DNA from: Bacilli bacterium
GTDB taxonomy: Bacteria > Bacillota_I > Bacilli_A > RF39 > UBA660
DNA: 64,000 bases
Direction: 5' to 3'
Assembly: GCA_900769695.1 (NCBI GenBank)
Contig: CAAGHO010000042.1
Coordinates: forward strand, 268 to 64,267
Of the stretch, positions 17,618 to 27,220 are shown in pieces. The notes beneath the pieces are model-generated. The model was not told the DNA's origin and did no database searches. It saw only the letters and a list, made by a program, of their open reading frames with translations. Position numbers and translations under genes: made by a program. Each line of letters begins with the position of its first letter. Within the stretch, counting starts at the first letter, position 1.

Positions 17618-17668
17618 GTCAAATCTGTGTAAATTTTAAAAAAAACTAGAAAAAAGTTAATTTCTTAA

Positions 17669-17697
17669 TTTACAAAGACTGATAGTTAAGTTAATAT
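17669..17697 (+). promoter_or_regulatory. mraZ (dcw) promoter
   Basis: TTTACA (17669-17674), 17-nt spacer, TAATAT (17692-17697). Confidence 0.55.
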
Positions 17698-17705
17698 ATA
17701 ATTAA

Positions 17706-17735
17706 CCAGTGGTAGAAAGTGGTAGAAAGTGGGGG
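17706..17735 (+). promoter_or_regulatory. Candidate MraZ operator: three direct repeats with 10-nt period
   Basis: ccAGTGGtagaaAGTGGtagaaAGTGGggg, with AGTGG at 17708, 17718 and 17728. It lies between the -10 element and the mraZ start. Confidence 0.6.
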
Positions 17736-17740
17736 ATTAT

Positions 17741-18178
17741 ATGTTCATGGGTGAATATCATCATAATCTTGATGATAAAAACAGACTTATTATTCCTTCT
17801 AAATTCCGTGATGAATTAGGAGAAGAGTTTATTATTACTCGTGGAATCGATGCTTGTTTGTTTGTCTACTCTAAGAGTAGCTTTCAAAAAATTGTTGATA
17901 AATTAGAAACCCTACCATTTACTAAGAAAGATGCTAGAAACTTTAATCGTTTCTTCTTATCTGGTGCTGCTGCAGTAGAATTAGATAAACAAGGACGTGC
18001 AGGTATCAGTCAAACATTAACAAATTATGCTGCTTTAGATAAAGAGTGTGTTGTGATTGGTGTTGGTGATCGTCTAGAAATTTGGGCCAAAGAAAATTGG
18101 GATAATTTCTATAATTCTGCGAAAGACAATATGTCTGATATAGCTGAAAACTTATTTGATGGGGGTCTAGATTTATGA
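17741..18178 (+). CDS. mraZ: Transcriptional regulator MraZ
   Basis: [23 protein letters not shown] with two SpoVT/AbrB-like halves; rsmH follows. Confidence 0.95.
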   Translation: MFMGEYHHNLDDKNRLIIPSKFRDELGEEFIITRGIDACLFVYSKSSFQKIVDKLETLPFTKKDARNFNRFFLSGAAAVELDKQGRAGISQTLTNYAALDKECVVIGVGDRLEIWAKENWDNFYNSAKDNMSDIAENLFDGGLDL

Positions 18179-19101
18179 AGCATATAAGTGTTTTATTAGA
18201 AGAAGCAGTTAATGCTCTTAATTTAGACGAAAATAGTATTGTTGTTGATGCAACACTTGGTTATGCAGGACATAGTAGTGAAATTTTAAAAAGAATAAAA
18301 AGAGGAAGACTATTCGCCTTCGATCAAGATAGTGAAGCAATTAAGTATAGTACTGATCGTTTAACCTCGATTGGTACTAACTTCACTATCATTAAAAGTA
18401 ATTTTGTTCATTTAAAAGAAAAATTAAATGAATTAGGTGTAGAAAAAGTTGATGCTTGTTTATTTGACCTTGGAGTATCTTCTCCACAACTAGATGAACA
18501 AGAAAGAGGTTTTAGTTATCATTTGGATGCTAAGCTTGATATGAGAATGAATCAAGAACAGGAGTTTAGTGCTTATGATGTCGTTAACACCTATAGTAAA
18601 GAAGAACTTACAAAAATCTTTAATGATTATGGAGAAAGTAAGTTTTCAAGAAATATTGCTAATAAAATCATAGAGTATAGGAAAACAAAAAATATTGAAA
18701 CAACTTTAGAGTTAGCAGAAATAATTAAAACAGCTGTACCTATGAAATTTAGAATAGACAAACATCCAGCAAAACAGATTTTTCAAGCTATTAGAATTGA
18801 AGTAAATCATGAACTAGATGTTATAGAACCAGCCTTAGAACAAGCTTTAAGTATGCTTAATGTTGGTGGAAGAGTTGCTGTAATTACATTTCATTCCCTA
18901 GAAGATAGAATTGTAAAACGCTATTTCAAAAATGTTAGTGAAATAGATATAAAAGTAAAAGGACTTCCAAATATACCAGAAGAGTATTTACCAGATTATA
19001 AATTAGTAGTTAATAAAGCTATACTTCCTTCAAAAGAGGAATTAGAAAATAATAATAGAGCAAGAAGTGCAAAACTTAGAGTTATAGAAAAAATTAAATA
19101 A
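18175..19101 (+). CDS. rsmH: 16S rRNA (cytosine1402-N4)-methyltransferase RsmH
   Basis: [31 protein letters not shown]. The start overlaps the mraZ stop (ATGA). Confidence 0.95.
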   Translation: MKHISVLLEEAVNALNLDENSIVVDATLGYAGHSSEILKRIKRGRLFAFDQDSEAIKYSTDRLTSIGTNFTIIKSNFVHLKEKLNELGVEKVDACLFDLGVSSPQLDEQERGFSYHLDAKLDMRMNQEQEFSAYDVVNTYSKEELTKIFNDYGESKFSRNIANKIIEYRKTKNIETTLELAEIIKTAVPMKFRIDKHPAKQIFQAIRIEVNHELDVIEPALEQALSMLNVGGRVAVITFHSLEDRIVKRYFKNVSEIDIKVKGLPNIPEEYLPDYKLVVNKAILPSKEELENNNRARSAKLRVIEKIK

Positions 19102-19116
19102 AAAGGGATGATTTTC

Positions 19117-19422
19117 ATGAAAAAGAAAAAAATGAAAAAACAATTAAAGATGTCTAAAACAGAAAAATTCTTATATACTTTAGCAGTTTTTCTATTATTA
19201 GTATCTCCACTTTCTATTGTGTTTTCCAAAGCAACACTTGCAAAAATAAACTTTGAAGTTGAACAACAAAAAAAAGAAATTGAAAAACAGGAAAAAACTA
19301 ATGAAAGTATTTCTATGACAATTGATGAGTTAGCATCTCTTACAAAAATCCAAGAGGTTGCAGCAAACCAAGGATTGAGTTATAATAATAATAATATAAG
19401 AACAATTACAGAAGATAAATAA
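19117..19422 (+). CDS. ftsL: FtsL-like division protein
   Basis: Small bitopic protein: basic N-terminus, a TM segment (FLYTLAVFLLLVSPLSIVF), then a coiled coil. It occupies the canonical position between rsmH and the PBP gene. Confidence 0.7.
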   Translation: MKKKKMKKQLKMSKTEKFLYTLAVFLLLVSPLSIVFSKATLAKINFEVEQQKKEIEKQEKTNESISMTIDELASLTKIQEVAANQGLSYNNNNIRTITEDK

Positions 19423-19439
19423 TAAACGGATGTGATAAG

Positions 19440-21584
19440 ATGAAGAGAAAGAAAAAAACTAGAAATAGTATAAAATATAGTAAGCTATTCATTTTTTCTT
19501 CTCTTTTTTTGTTTGTAGTGATGATAGGAAGAGTAATAGAGTTATCAACATCAAAAACAATTGATGGTGTAAATCTTCAAGAACTAGCTAGTAAAAGAAC
19601 CAGTAAAACAGAAATATTAAAAGCAAAAAGAGGAACAATTTATTCTAGCGATAATGAAGCTTTAGCACTAAATGTTTCTTCATATAAACTAATAGCGTAT
19701 CTAGATCCAAAAAGAACTGAAAATAAGGATAATCCTCAACATGTTGTAGATAAAGAAAAAACAGCTGAAGCACTAGCACCAATTCTTTCTATGGAAAAAG
19801 ATGAAGTTTTAAAATACCTTAACAAAGAAGGGGTTTATCAAACAGAATTTGGTAGTCATGGTAAAGGTCTTTCTGAACTAGATAAAAAGAAAATAGAAGA
19901 TTTAAACTTACCAGGACTAGATTTTATTGAAAGTTATAAAAGATATTATCCTAAGGGTCAATTTTTATCATATACACTTGGATATGCTAAAGCAAGTAGT
20001 GATGATGAAGATGATATTTCAGGTGAGATGGGAATAGAAAAATATTATGATAAAATCTTAAAAGGTAAAGATGGTTATGTCACATATCAAAAAGATTTAA
20101 AAGGATATAAAATAGCTGATACTAAAGAGTTAAGAGAAGATGCAATTGAAGGAAAAGATATATATTTAACAGTTGATAGTAATATTCAGTTTTTTATAGA
20201 ACAAGCCCTAAATAAAGCCAAAGAAGAGTTTGGATATGAATGGTTTACAATGATAGTAGCAGATGCTAAAACAGGGGCAATTTTAGGACTTGCTTCTTAT
20301 CCATCATTTGATCCTAATTTAAGAAATATGACTAATTATTTAGATCTTACAGTAGCATCAGCATATGAGCCGGGTTCTACTATGAAAACATTTACTTATA
20401 TGGCAGCTATGGAAAACGGGGTTTATAATGGAAGTGAGGACTATAAATCAGGTACTTATGAAACAAGTGATGGAACTGTAATTGGTGATTGGAATCGTAA
20501 TGGTTGGGGTATGATAAGTTATGATAAAGGTTATGCCTTATCAAGTAATGTGGGAGTTATTAATTTAATTAAAAATCATATGAATTCAGCTATGTTAAGA
20601 CAATATTTTAGAAAACTTGGATTTGGTTCTAAAACTGGAATATCTTTACCAAATGAAGTAACTGGTACAATGAATTTTAAATATGAAACAGAAATTTATA
20701 ATGCTGGATTTGGTCAAGGAATTACAACAACACCAATGCAAAATATTCAAGCTTTAACTCCACTTACAAATGATGGAATGTTACTTGAACCATACATAGT
20801 TAAAAAAATTGTAAATCCAACTACTAATGAAGTAGTAATGAAAGGTAAGAAAAACGAAATAGAACGTGTTGCTTCAACATCAACAGTTGAAAAGATGATT
20901 CAGTTGATGGATGATACAGTTAATGGAATAGGTAATACTGGTAGTGGGTATCGTATTGATAGTCATGAGCTTATAGGTAAAACTGGTACTGCTCAAATAG
21001 CTGCAGAAAATGGTAGAGGTTATTTAAATGGTAAAAATGATATAATTTCTTCTTTTGCAGGAATATATCCTAAGAGTAATCCAGAAATAATTATTTATGC
21101 TTCTGTAAAAAGACCAAGTAATGGTAGTCAAAAACCAATATCTAATGCTGTAAAAGAAGTAGTTTTAAATACTGGAAAATATTTAGGAACAGAAAAACAA
21201 ATAGCTACAGATCAAGTAATTGAATATAAATTACCATCGTTTATTAATAAGAATTTAGAAAAAGTAAAAACAACTTTAACTAATAATGGTATGAATTATC
21301 AAATAATTGGGAATGGTACTAAAGTAGTTAAACAATATCCAAATGCTAAAACAACAGTTACTAATAAGGATAAAATATATTTAATAACTAATGACAATAA
21401 TTATGTAATTCCAAATGTTGTAGGTCTTTCTAGTAAAGAGGCTAAAAGTTTACTTGAAATACTTGGTGTAAAAGTAAAACTAGAAGGTAGTGGCTATGTA
21501 AAGATTCAAAGTATTTCTGAAAATACACCTATAACAGATGGTATGGAAATTGTTTTGAGTTTAGATAAAAAATTTGAAAGTTAG
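19440..21584 (+). CDS. Class B penicillin-binding protein (PBP2B/FtsI type) with two PASTA domains
   Basis: SxxK = STMK, SxN = SSN, KTGTA, and two C-terminal PASTA-like repeats. Confidence 0.9.
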   Translation: MKRKKKTRNSIKYSKLFIFSSLFLFVVMIGRVIELSTSKTIDGVNLQELASKRTSKTEILKAKRGTIYSSDNEALALNVSSYKLIAYLDPKRTENKDNPQHVVDKEKTAEALAPILSMEKDEVLKYLNKEGVYQTEFGSHGKGLSELDKKKIEDLNLPGLDFIESYKRYYPKGQFLSYTLGYAKASSDDEDDISGEMGIEKYYDKILKGKDGYVTYQKDLKGYKIADTKELREDAIEGKDIYLTVDSNIQFFIEQALNKAKEEFGYEWFTMIVADAKTGAILGLASYPSFDPNLRNMTNYLDLTVASAYEPGSTMKTFTYMAAMENGVYNGSEDYKSGTYETSDGTVIGDWNRNGWGMISYDKGYALSSNVGVINLIKNHMNSAMLRQYFRKLGFGSKTGISLPNEVTGTMNFKYETEIYNAGFGQGITTTPMQNIQALTPLTNDGMLLEPYIVKKIVNPTTNEVVMKGKKNEIERVASTSTVEKMIQLMDDTVNGIGNTGSGYRIDSHELIGKTGTAQIAAENGRGYLNGKNDIISSFAGIYPKSNPEIIIYASVKRPSNGSQKPISNAVKEVVLNTGKYLGTEKQIATDQVIEYKLPSFINKNLEKVKTTLTNNGMNYQIIGNGTKVVKQYPNAKTTVTNKDKIYLITNDNNYVIPNVVGLSSKEAKSLLEILGVKVKLEGSGYVKIQSISENTPITDGMEIVLSLDKKFES

Positions 21585-21593
21585 GTGAAAGAA

Positions 21594-22142
21594 ATGAATA
21601 AAAATAAAAAATTAGTAATGGGAACAATTATAGGAATTTTAGTATTAATTGTAATAATTGCTATAGTTGTTGTAATGGTTTTTAATACTAAAAGTAAAAA
21701 TATAAAACTAGATACAAATTATAAATCATTAATAGGAGTAAAGGTAGAATCAGATATAATATTAGTTATTAATCAAAAAGATAAAGTTTCTAATATTTTG
21801 TTTTTAAATAGTAAAAGCGTTTCAACTTTAGCAAATAAAAAAATAGAAGGAAAACCTTATGATAAGGCGATAGAGTTAATTGTTGATAAACTAAAGAATG
21901 CTGAAGAGTTTAATCATTCAAATAGTTTGTATTTAATTAAATACGATGATGGTGGTAACTATTCTAAAGTATTAGAACAGTTTAATAAACAATTTGTTAT
22001 TTATGGAGTTGATAAAAGTGTTGTTGAACAAACATCAACTATTAATTTAAAGTTAGATGAATTAAAACTTGATAAAACTAATAATGTTCCTGATAATTTA
22101 AAATTGTTATATGACTTTTCTAAAAATAATTTAGAAAAGTAG
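21594..22142 (+). CDS. Membrane-anchored protein of unknown function
   Basis: N-terminal TM segment (GTIIGILVLIVIIAIVVVMVF) and a soluble domain faintly like the post-TM domain of RsgI-type anti-sigma factors. ATG 21594 lies 6 nt after GGTGA. Confidence 0.5.
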   Translation: MNKNKKLVMGTIIGILVLIVIIAIVVVMVFNTKSKNIKLDTNYKSLIGVKVESDIILVINQKDKVSNILFLNSKSVSTLANKKIEGKPYDKAIELIVDKLKNAEEFNHSNSLYLIKYDDGGNYSKVLEQFNKQFVIYGVDKSVVEQTSTINLKLDELKLDKTNNVPDNLKLLYDFSKNNLEK

Positions 22143-22157
22143 GAAACTAATTTATTG

Positions 22158-22190
22158 AAAGCATTTAACAAATGATTAAATGTTTTTTTA
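22158..22190 (+). terminator. Terminator ending the mraZ operon
   Basis: Stem AAAGCATTTAA/TTAAATGTTTT (one G-U pair) followed by a T-run. Confidence 0.55.
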
Positions 22191-22367
22191 TTAGGTAAAA
22201 AATTAATTTTTAGATATAAATTCTACTCAATTATTAATTTCGGCCATTTGCAAGAAAACTATAGATATAATATAATGCTTCCATGTTTTTGGTGTAAAAT
22301 TATGACAAATTTATTTAATTTTGTAAATTTGTATAATATAATAATTATAAAGGATAGGAGATAAGAT

Positions 22368-22484
22368 ATGATTAAAGCATTATTGTTAACTTTAGGTATT
22401 ATGGTAATTGGAATATTAACTTTATTTATGTTTTGTTCTTTAAAAATGTCTAAGATGGCAGATGAAATTAATTTAGATAAATAA
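22368..22484 (+). CDS. Possible 38-aa membrane peptide, absent from the ORF track
   Basis: MIKALLLTLGIMVIGILTLFMFCSLKMSKMADEINLDK. AGGATAGGAGA RBS upstream, in an otherwise empty 500-nt gap. Confidence 0.35.
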   Translation: MIKALLLTLGIMVIGILTLFMFCSLKMSKMADEINLDK

Positions 22485-22602
22485 GTAGTATTTTCTTTTT
22501 AATTGAAAAATTTATATTAGTTTTTAGTTATGATATAGAAAAATACTTAATAATGAATGAAAATCTTATGGTTTTCATTTTTTTATATGTATTTTATATT
22601 CA

Positions 22603-22631
22603 TTGACAGAATACGTAATTTATGGTATAAT
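22603..22631 (+). promoter_or_regulatory. Consensus sigma-A promoter
   Basis: TTGACA (22603-22608), 17-nt spacer ending in TGG, TATAAT (22626-22631). It lies inside the N-terminal extension of the ORF-track prediction. Confidence 0.65.
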
Positions 22632-22667
22632 CTAAAACACTGTGAAGGGGTAAGGTGGTCACTAATA

Positions 22668-24044
22668 ATGGAAAAAATCGATATGGAAAGAGCTAGTGAA
22701 AAATTAGAGTATTTAGATGCTTTAATTGAAAAATATCAATCTAAATTACAAACAATAACTGTAAATGATATTTTTAAACAGGAATTAAAAAGAAGTTTAA
22801 CAAGTTTAAAATTAGAGAAAATTAAATTAATTAAGCAAATAGAAAATAAAACTAAATCAAGAGAAGAAACTCTAAATAAAGATGAGAGAGTACTAAAAGA
22901 AGTTGAATGTTCCAGCGATGAATTCAATGATGATTTATTTGATGAAAAATCACTTTATAACTTTAAAATAGTTTATCAAAATGGAAAATATAGATTAGAT
23001 TTTGATGTTTTAGAAGATGGTAATATTATTCATCAGACTCATGAAAAAGAAATATCAGTTGAAAAATTTGAATCTAGACAATATAAAGAAAGTATTGCAA
23101 AGAAATATAATATTAATCCAAAAAGTAAATTTTATAAATATATGGATATTGATTTATTATTAGTACTTGAAGAACTAGATACTAAATATAATACTAATTA
23201 TGTAGATGATTATAAAAAAGGAAAGTTAGATGTTAAAGTAAAATATGATTTAAAAGATATATTTTCTGATAAAAGTTTAAAACCAAGTGCAAGAATTTCT
23301 CAAAGAAGAGTAGCATTTAATCAAAGAAAAATAATTGCTCTTGCTATAGAAAAAGAAAAATATCCAAGTGTTTTAATTGGTGGTATTGCAACAGCTGTAG
23401 TATTAACTTCACTTGGTATAATGTCTTTTTCTAATAAGAAAAATAATGGTTCAAAAGAAGAAGATAATAGTTCATGCATAATAAAAGAAGTAGGAAAAGA
23501 TTTTTATGATGAAGGAATAATTGAAACTGAAAATAAGGGATTAAAATTAGGCGATTCTTTAAAACTAATAAATAAAGATGATAATGGTAATATTGAATTT
23601 ACATATATGTTAAGTGAAAAAGTAAATGATGATAAAAATAAGTTTTTAGCGAGTGATTATAGTTCATGTGATAAATTTGTAATATCATCAATAGTAGTTT
23701 GCAAAGATAATAAAGTCTTAAAAGAAATAAAAAACTTTAATAATCAGGATAATATATATACAAATGAATTATATGATAAATATGGAAAAGATATCGATGT
23801 ATTTCTTGGCTTTGATGCACATATGGAAAGTGAAAGGACAATTGTTTACTATAATATAGGTTGGTTGAATCTTAAAGACTTTGAATCTGAAAATTCACAT
23901 ATTTATCTTAAAGATATTAAAAAGTTAGAAGAAGAAGAAAAACAACAAAAAGAAAGAGAAAGAAGAATTGATTATTTAATTGAAAGTATGGCAAAGAATA
24001 ATAGTAATAATCAAATAAAAGCTAAAACTTATGTTAAGAAATAG
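22668..24044 (+). CDS. Coiled-coil, single-pass membrane protein of unknown function
   Basis: Start MEKIDMERASEKLEYL lies downstream of the consensus promoter and a GGGGTAAGGTGG RBS. Heptad-rich N-terminus, a central TM segment (VLIGGIATAVVLTSLGIMSF) and an extracytoplasmic C-half. Its tail ESMAKNNSNNQIKAKTYVKK recurs at the end of the 24457 gene. Confidence 0.6.
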   Translation: MEKIDMERASEKLEYLDALIEKYQSKLQTITVNDIFKQELKRSLTSLKLEKIKLIKQIENKTKSREETLNKDERVLKEVECSSDEFNDDLFDEKSLYNFKIVYQNGKYRLDFDVLEDGNIIHQTHEKEISVEKFESRQYKESIAKKYNINPKSKFYKYMDIDLLLVLEELDTKYNTNYVDDYKKGKLDVKVKYDLKDIFSDKSLKPSARISQRRVAFNQRKIIALAIEKEKYPSVLIGGIATAVVLTSLGIMSFSNKKNNGSKEEDNSSCIIKEVGKDFYDEGIIETENKGLKLGDSLKLINKDDNGNIEFTYMLSEKVNDDKNKFLASDYSSCDKFVISSIVVCKDNKVLKEIKNFNNQDNIYTNELYDKYGKDIDVFLGFDAHMESERTIVYYNIGWLNLKDFESENSHIYLKDIKKLEEEEKQQKERERRIDYLIESMAKNNSNNQIKAKTYVKK

Positions 24045-24338
24045 GTGATAGAAGTGAGATTAGAGAATATAGGGGATTTAATAGAATTAAACAATAAGAT
24101 ATCTAAAGATGTTTGGTATATTGAACGTATCAATAAAAGTATAAGATCTGTTAATGGTACTGTAATAACTTCTAGAAAAATAGAACTTATGGAACAATTA
24201 ATAGTAGCGAAACAAAGATTAATAAGAGAAGTTACTACTTTAAGAAGACAAGCAGTTGATACAATGTTTAAAAAATCAGGTAACTATACATATAGTAATG
24301 AGTTTAGTATATATAAGGCTCAAAAAACAAAAAAGTAA
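24045..24338 (+). CDS. Hypothetical 97-aa helical protein
   Basis: ORF abuts the previous stop with a GTG start (alternative GTG at 24054). No motif recognised. Confidence 0.4.
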   Translation: MIEVRLENIGDLIELNNKISKDVWYIERINKSIRSVNGTVITSRKIELMEQLIVAKQRLIREVTTLRRQAVDTMFKKSGNYTYSNEFSIYKAQKTKK

Positions 24339-24344
24339 TATATT

Positions 24345-24371
24345 AAAAGGCATCAATTGATGCTTTTTTTT
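24345..24371 (+). terminator. Rho-independent terminator
   Basis: Stem AAAGGCATC/GATGCTTTT, loop AATT, then a T-run. Confidence 0.6.
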
Positions 24372-24456
24372 GGTCATAATCAAAAAATATGGTAAGATAT
24401 TAAATACATGTGAAATTGTGCTATTTATTATGAAATATGGAGTAGGAGAGATTTTT

Positions 24457-25338
24457 ATGAACAAGATGATTAATAAAGTAAATTATAGCTATTTATTTAT
24501 TAAAAGACTATTTGATGTAGTAGTATCAACAACAGGAATTATATTTATGATTTTTCTTATTCCAATAGTAAAAATAATGAATATTATTAATAAAGATGAT
24601 GGAAAAATATTTTTTACTCAGGATCGTATTGGTAAGAATGGTAAAATATTTAAGATTTATAAATTTAGAAGTATGGTTGATAATGCTGATGAAAAATTAG
24701 AAAAAATATTAGAAATGGATAAACAAACTAAAGAAGAATATATGGTAAATAAAAAATTAAAAAATGATCCAAGAGTAACTAAAACAGGGAAATTTTTAAG
24801 GAAAACATCACTAGATGAACTACCACAATTTATAAATATTTTAAAGAATGAGATGTCATTAATTGGTAATAGACCATATTTACTTATAGAAAAAGAAGAT
24901 ATGATGGATTTTTATAATGATATAGTTAAAACTAAACCAGGACTTACAGGTTATTGGCAAGTAAATGGTAGAAATAATACTACATTTAAAGAAAGATTAG
25001 AATTAGAAAGTTTTTATTCTAACAATTATTCATTAAAAATGGATACAAAGATTTTTTTTAAAACATTTGGTGTAATTCTTTTAAAAAAAGACCAAGTAGA
25101 AAAACTACAGGGTGCAAAATTTGATGTAGAAAGAAAACAAGATGAAGATAGTGGAAAAAAAGAAAAAACTTTTCATAATGATCTAGTTTCCATAAATTCT
25201 AAGAATATTGAAAATAAAGATTTATCTATTGATTATGTTGATAAAGAAAAAGCTGATTTAGTGAATTTTATAGTGGAAAGCATGGCAAATAATAGTGATA
25301 ATAATCAAATAAATACTAAAACGTATGTTAAAAAATAG
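24457..25338 (+). CDS. Polyprenyl-phosphate sugar phosphotransferase (bacterial sugar transferase family), copy 1, with about 85-aa C-terminal extension
   Basis: YLFIKRLFD, a TM segment, FTQDRIGKNGKIFKIYKFRSM, DELPQFINILKNEMSLIGNRP, PGLTGYWQVNGR. The ATG lies 6 nt after GGAGAG. It runs past the point where copy 2 stops. Confidence 0.85.
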   Translation: MNKMINKVNYSYLFIKRLFDVVVSTTGIIFMIFLIPIVKIMNIINKDDGKIFFTQDRIGKNGKIFKIYKFRSMVDNADEKLEKILEMDKQTKEEYMVNKKLKNDPRVTKTGKFLRKTSLDELPQFINILKNEMSLIGNRPYLLIEKEDMMDFYNDIVKTKPGLTGYWQVNGRNNTTFKERLELESFYSNNYSLKMDTKIFFKTFGVILLKKDQVEKLQGAKFDVERKQDEDSGKKEKTFHNDLVSINSKNIENKDLSIDYVDKEKADLVNFIVESMANNSDNNQINTKTYVKK

Positions 25339-25360
25339 AATTTTTCTTCTATTTTTTTGT
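25334..25360 (+). terminator. Rho-independent terminator
   Basis: Stem AATAGAA/TTCTATT followed by a T-run, overlapping the stop. Confidence 0.5.
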
Positions 25361-25431
25361 TTTTTTAAGGAAAAAATATAGTTTATCTACAAATATATAA
25401 GTATAAGAATCTTTATAGAGAGGAGTAGTAG

Positions 25432-26322
25432 ATGAATTATTATAAAGAAATAAAAGAAGAATTAATAAATAATGAAATAAATAAAAAAGTAAAAAATTAT
25501 CTAGTAAATAGAAGTGATTTAAACACTTATTATAATGTAGGTAAGATGTTAAGTGAAGCTGGTAGTCATTATGGAGAGGGGATAATTAAAGAATATTCAA
25601 AAAGACTTACTAGTGAGTTAAATATTAATTATAGTATAAGAACATTATATAAAATGATTAAATATTATAACTTTATGAAAATACAAAAAGTGCCGACACT
25701 GTCGACACAATTGTCTTGGTCTCATTATTGTGAATTATTGTCTTTGAATGATTTAAATGAAATCAATTATTATATAAATTTATCGGTTAGTCAAAACTTA
25801 TCTGTAAGACAGTTAAGAGAAAAAATAAAATCAAATGAATACGAAAGACTAGATGAAGAAACAAAAAACAAATTAGTAAATAACGAGGTAGAAAATGTCA
25901 CAGATTTTGTAAAAAGTCCAATATTAATTAAAAATAATACTAATTATGAAAATGTATCAGAAAAAATATTACAGAAGTTAATTTTAGAAGATATGTCATC
26001 ATTTCTAAAAGAACTTGGCCCAGGATTTAGTTATATAGATAATGAATATAAAATAAGGTTAGGAGATAAATATAACTATATAGATTTACTTCTATATAAT
26101 ATTAAATATAAATGTTATATAGTAGTAGAACTAAAAATAACAGAATTAAAAAAAGAACATATAGGACAATTACAAGTATATATGAATTATATAGATAAAA
26201 ATATAAAGAGTATTGAAGAAAGTAAAACTATAGGAATAATAATTTGTAAGAAAGATAATAAATATGTAATTGAATATTGTAGTGATAAAAGAATTATTTC
26301 AAGAACTTATGAACTTATATAG
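25432..26322 (+). CDS. DUF1016/YhcG-like PD-(D/E)XK nuclease-fold protein, intact copy
   Basis: N-terminus NYYKEIKEELI...YYNVGKMLSE, LSWSHY, and a C-terminal nuclease core IDLLLYN...YIVVELKITELKKEHIGQLQVYMNYID. Confidence 0.75.
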   Translation: MNYYKEIKEELINNEINKKVKNYLVNRSDLNTYYNVGKMLSEAGSHYGEGIIKEYSKRLTSELNINYSIRTLYKMIKYYNFMKIQKVPTLSTQLSWSHYCELLSLNDLNEINYYINLSVSQNLSVRQLREKIKSNEYERLDEETKNKLVNNEVENVTDFVKSPILIKNNTNYENVSEKILQKLILEDMSSFLKELGPGFSYIDNEYKIRLGDKYNYIDLLLYNIKYKCYIVVELKITELKKEHIGQLQVYMNYIDKNIKSIEESKTIGIIICKKDNKYVIEYCSDKRIISRTYELI

Positions 26323-26335
26323 AAAGGAGCAGTAG

Positions 26336-27207
26336 ATGAATTATTATAAAGAAATAAAAGAAGAATTAATAAATAATGAAATAAATAAAAAAGTAAAAAA
26401 TTATCTAGCAAATAGAAGTGATTTAAACACTTATTATAATGTAGGTAAGATGTTAAGTGAGGCGGGTAAACATTATGGAGAGGGGATAATTAAAGAATAT
26501 TCAAAAAGACTTACTGCTGATTTAGGTAAAGGATATACTTTTACATCACTAACTAGGATGAGAAAATTTTACAATTTAGCCAAAAAACTTGCGACAGTGT
26601 CGCAACAATTATCATATGGATATTATATAGAATTATTACCGTATGATGATCTTAATAAGATTAAATATTATATCAGAATAATTGAAAATCAAAATTTATC
26701 CATAAGGCAATTAAGAGAAAAAATAAAATCAAATGAATACGAAAGACGAAAAATAAATTAGTAAATAATGAGATAGAAAATGTGACAGATTTTGTAAAAA
26801 ATCCAATATTGATTAAAAATAATACTAATTACGAAAATGTATCAGAAAAAATATTACAAAAGTTAATTTTAGAAAATATGTCATCATTTTTAAAAGAACT
26901 TGGTCCAGGATTTAGTTATATAGATAATGAATATAAAATAAAGTTAGGAAATAGATATAATTACATAGATTTATTATTATTTAATATTGAATATAATTGC
27001 TATGTAGTAGTAGAGTTAAAGACTGTAGAATTAAGAAAAGATCATATTGGGCAAATAGAAATATATATGAATTATATAGATACTAATCTAAAAAAGATTA
27101 ATCAGAGTAAAACTATAGGAATAATAATTTGCAAGAAAGATAATAAATATATAATTGAATATTGTAGTGATAAAAGAATTATTTCAAGAACTTATGAACT
27201 TATATAG
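26336..27207 (+). pseudogene. DUF1016/YhcG-like gene, copy 2, disrupted by frameshift
   Basis: Two ORFs (26336-26761 and 26782-27207) are colinear with the N- and C-halves of copy 1. After GAAAGAC, copy 2 has 14 nt where copy 1 has 27, so it is 13 nt shorter and the frame shifts. Confidence 0.8.
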
Positions 27208-27220
27208 AAAAGAGTAGTAG

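Noticed and set aside
22557-22667. N-terminal extension of the coiled-coil membrane protein in the ORF track
   Set aside because: A consensus TTGACA-17-TATAAT promoter lies inside this stretch, so transcription most likely starts downstream of 22631. ATG 22668 has a good RBS.
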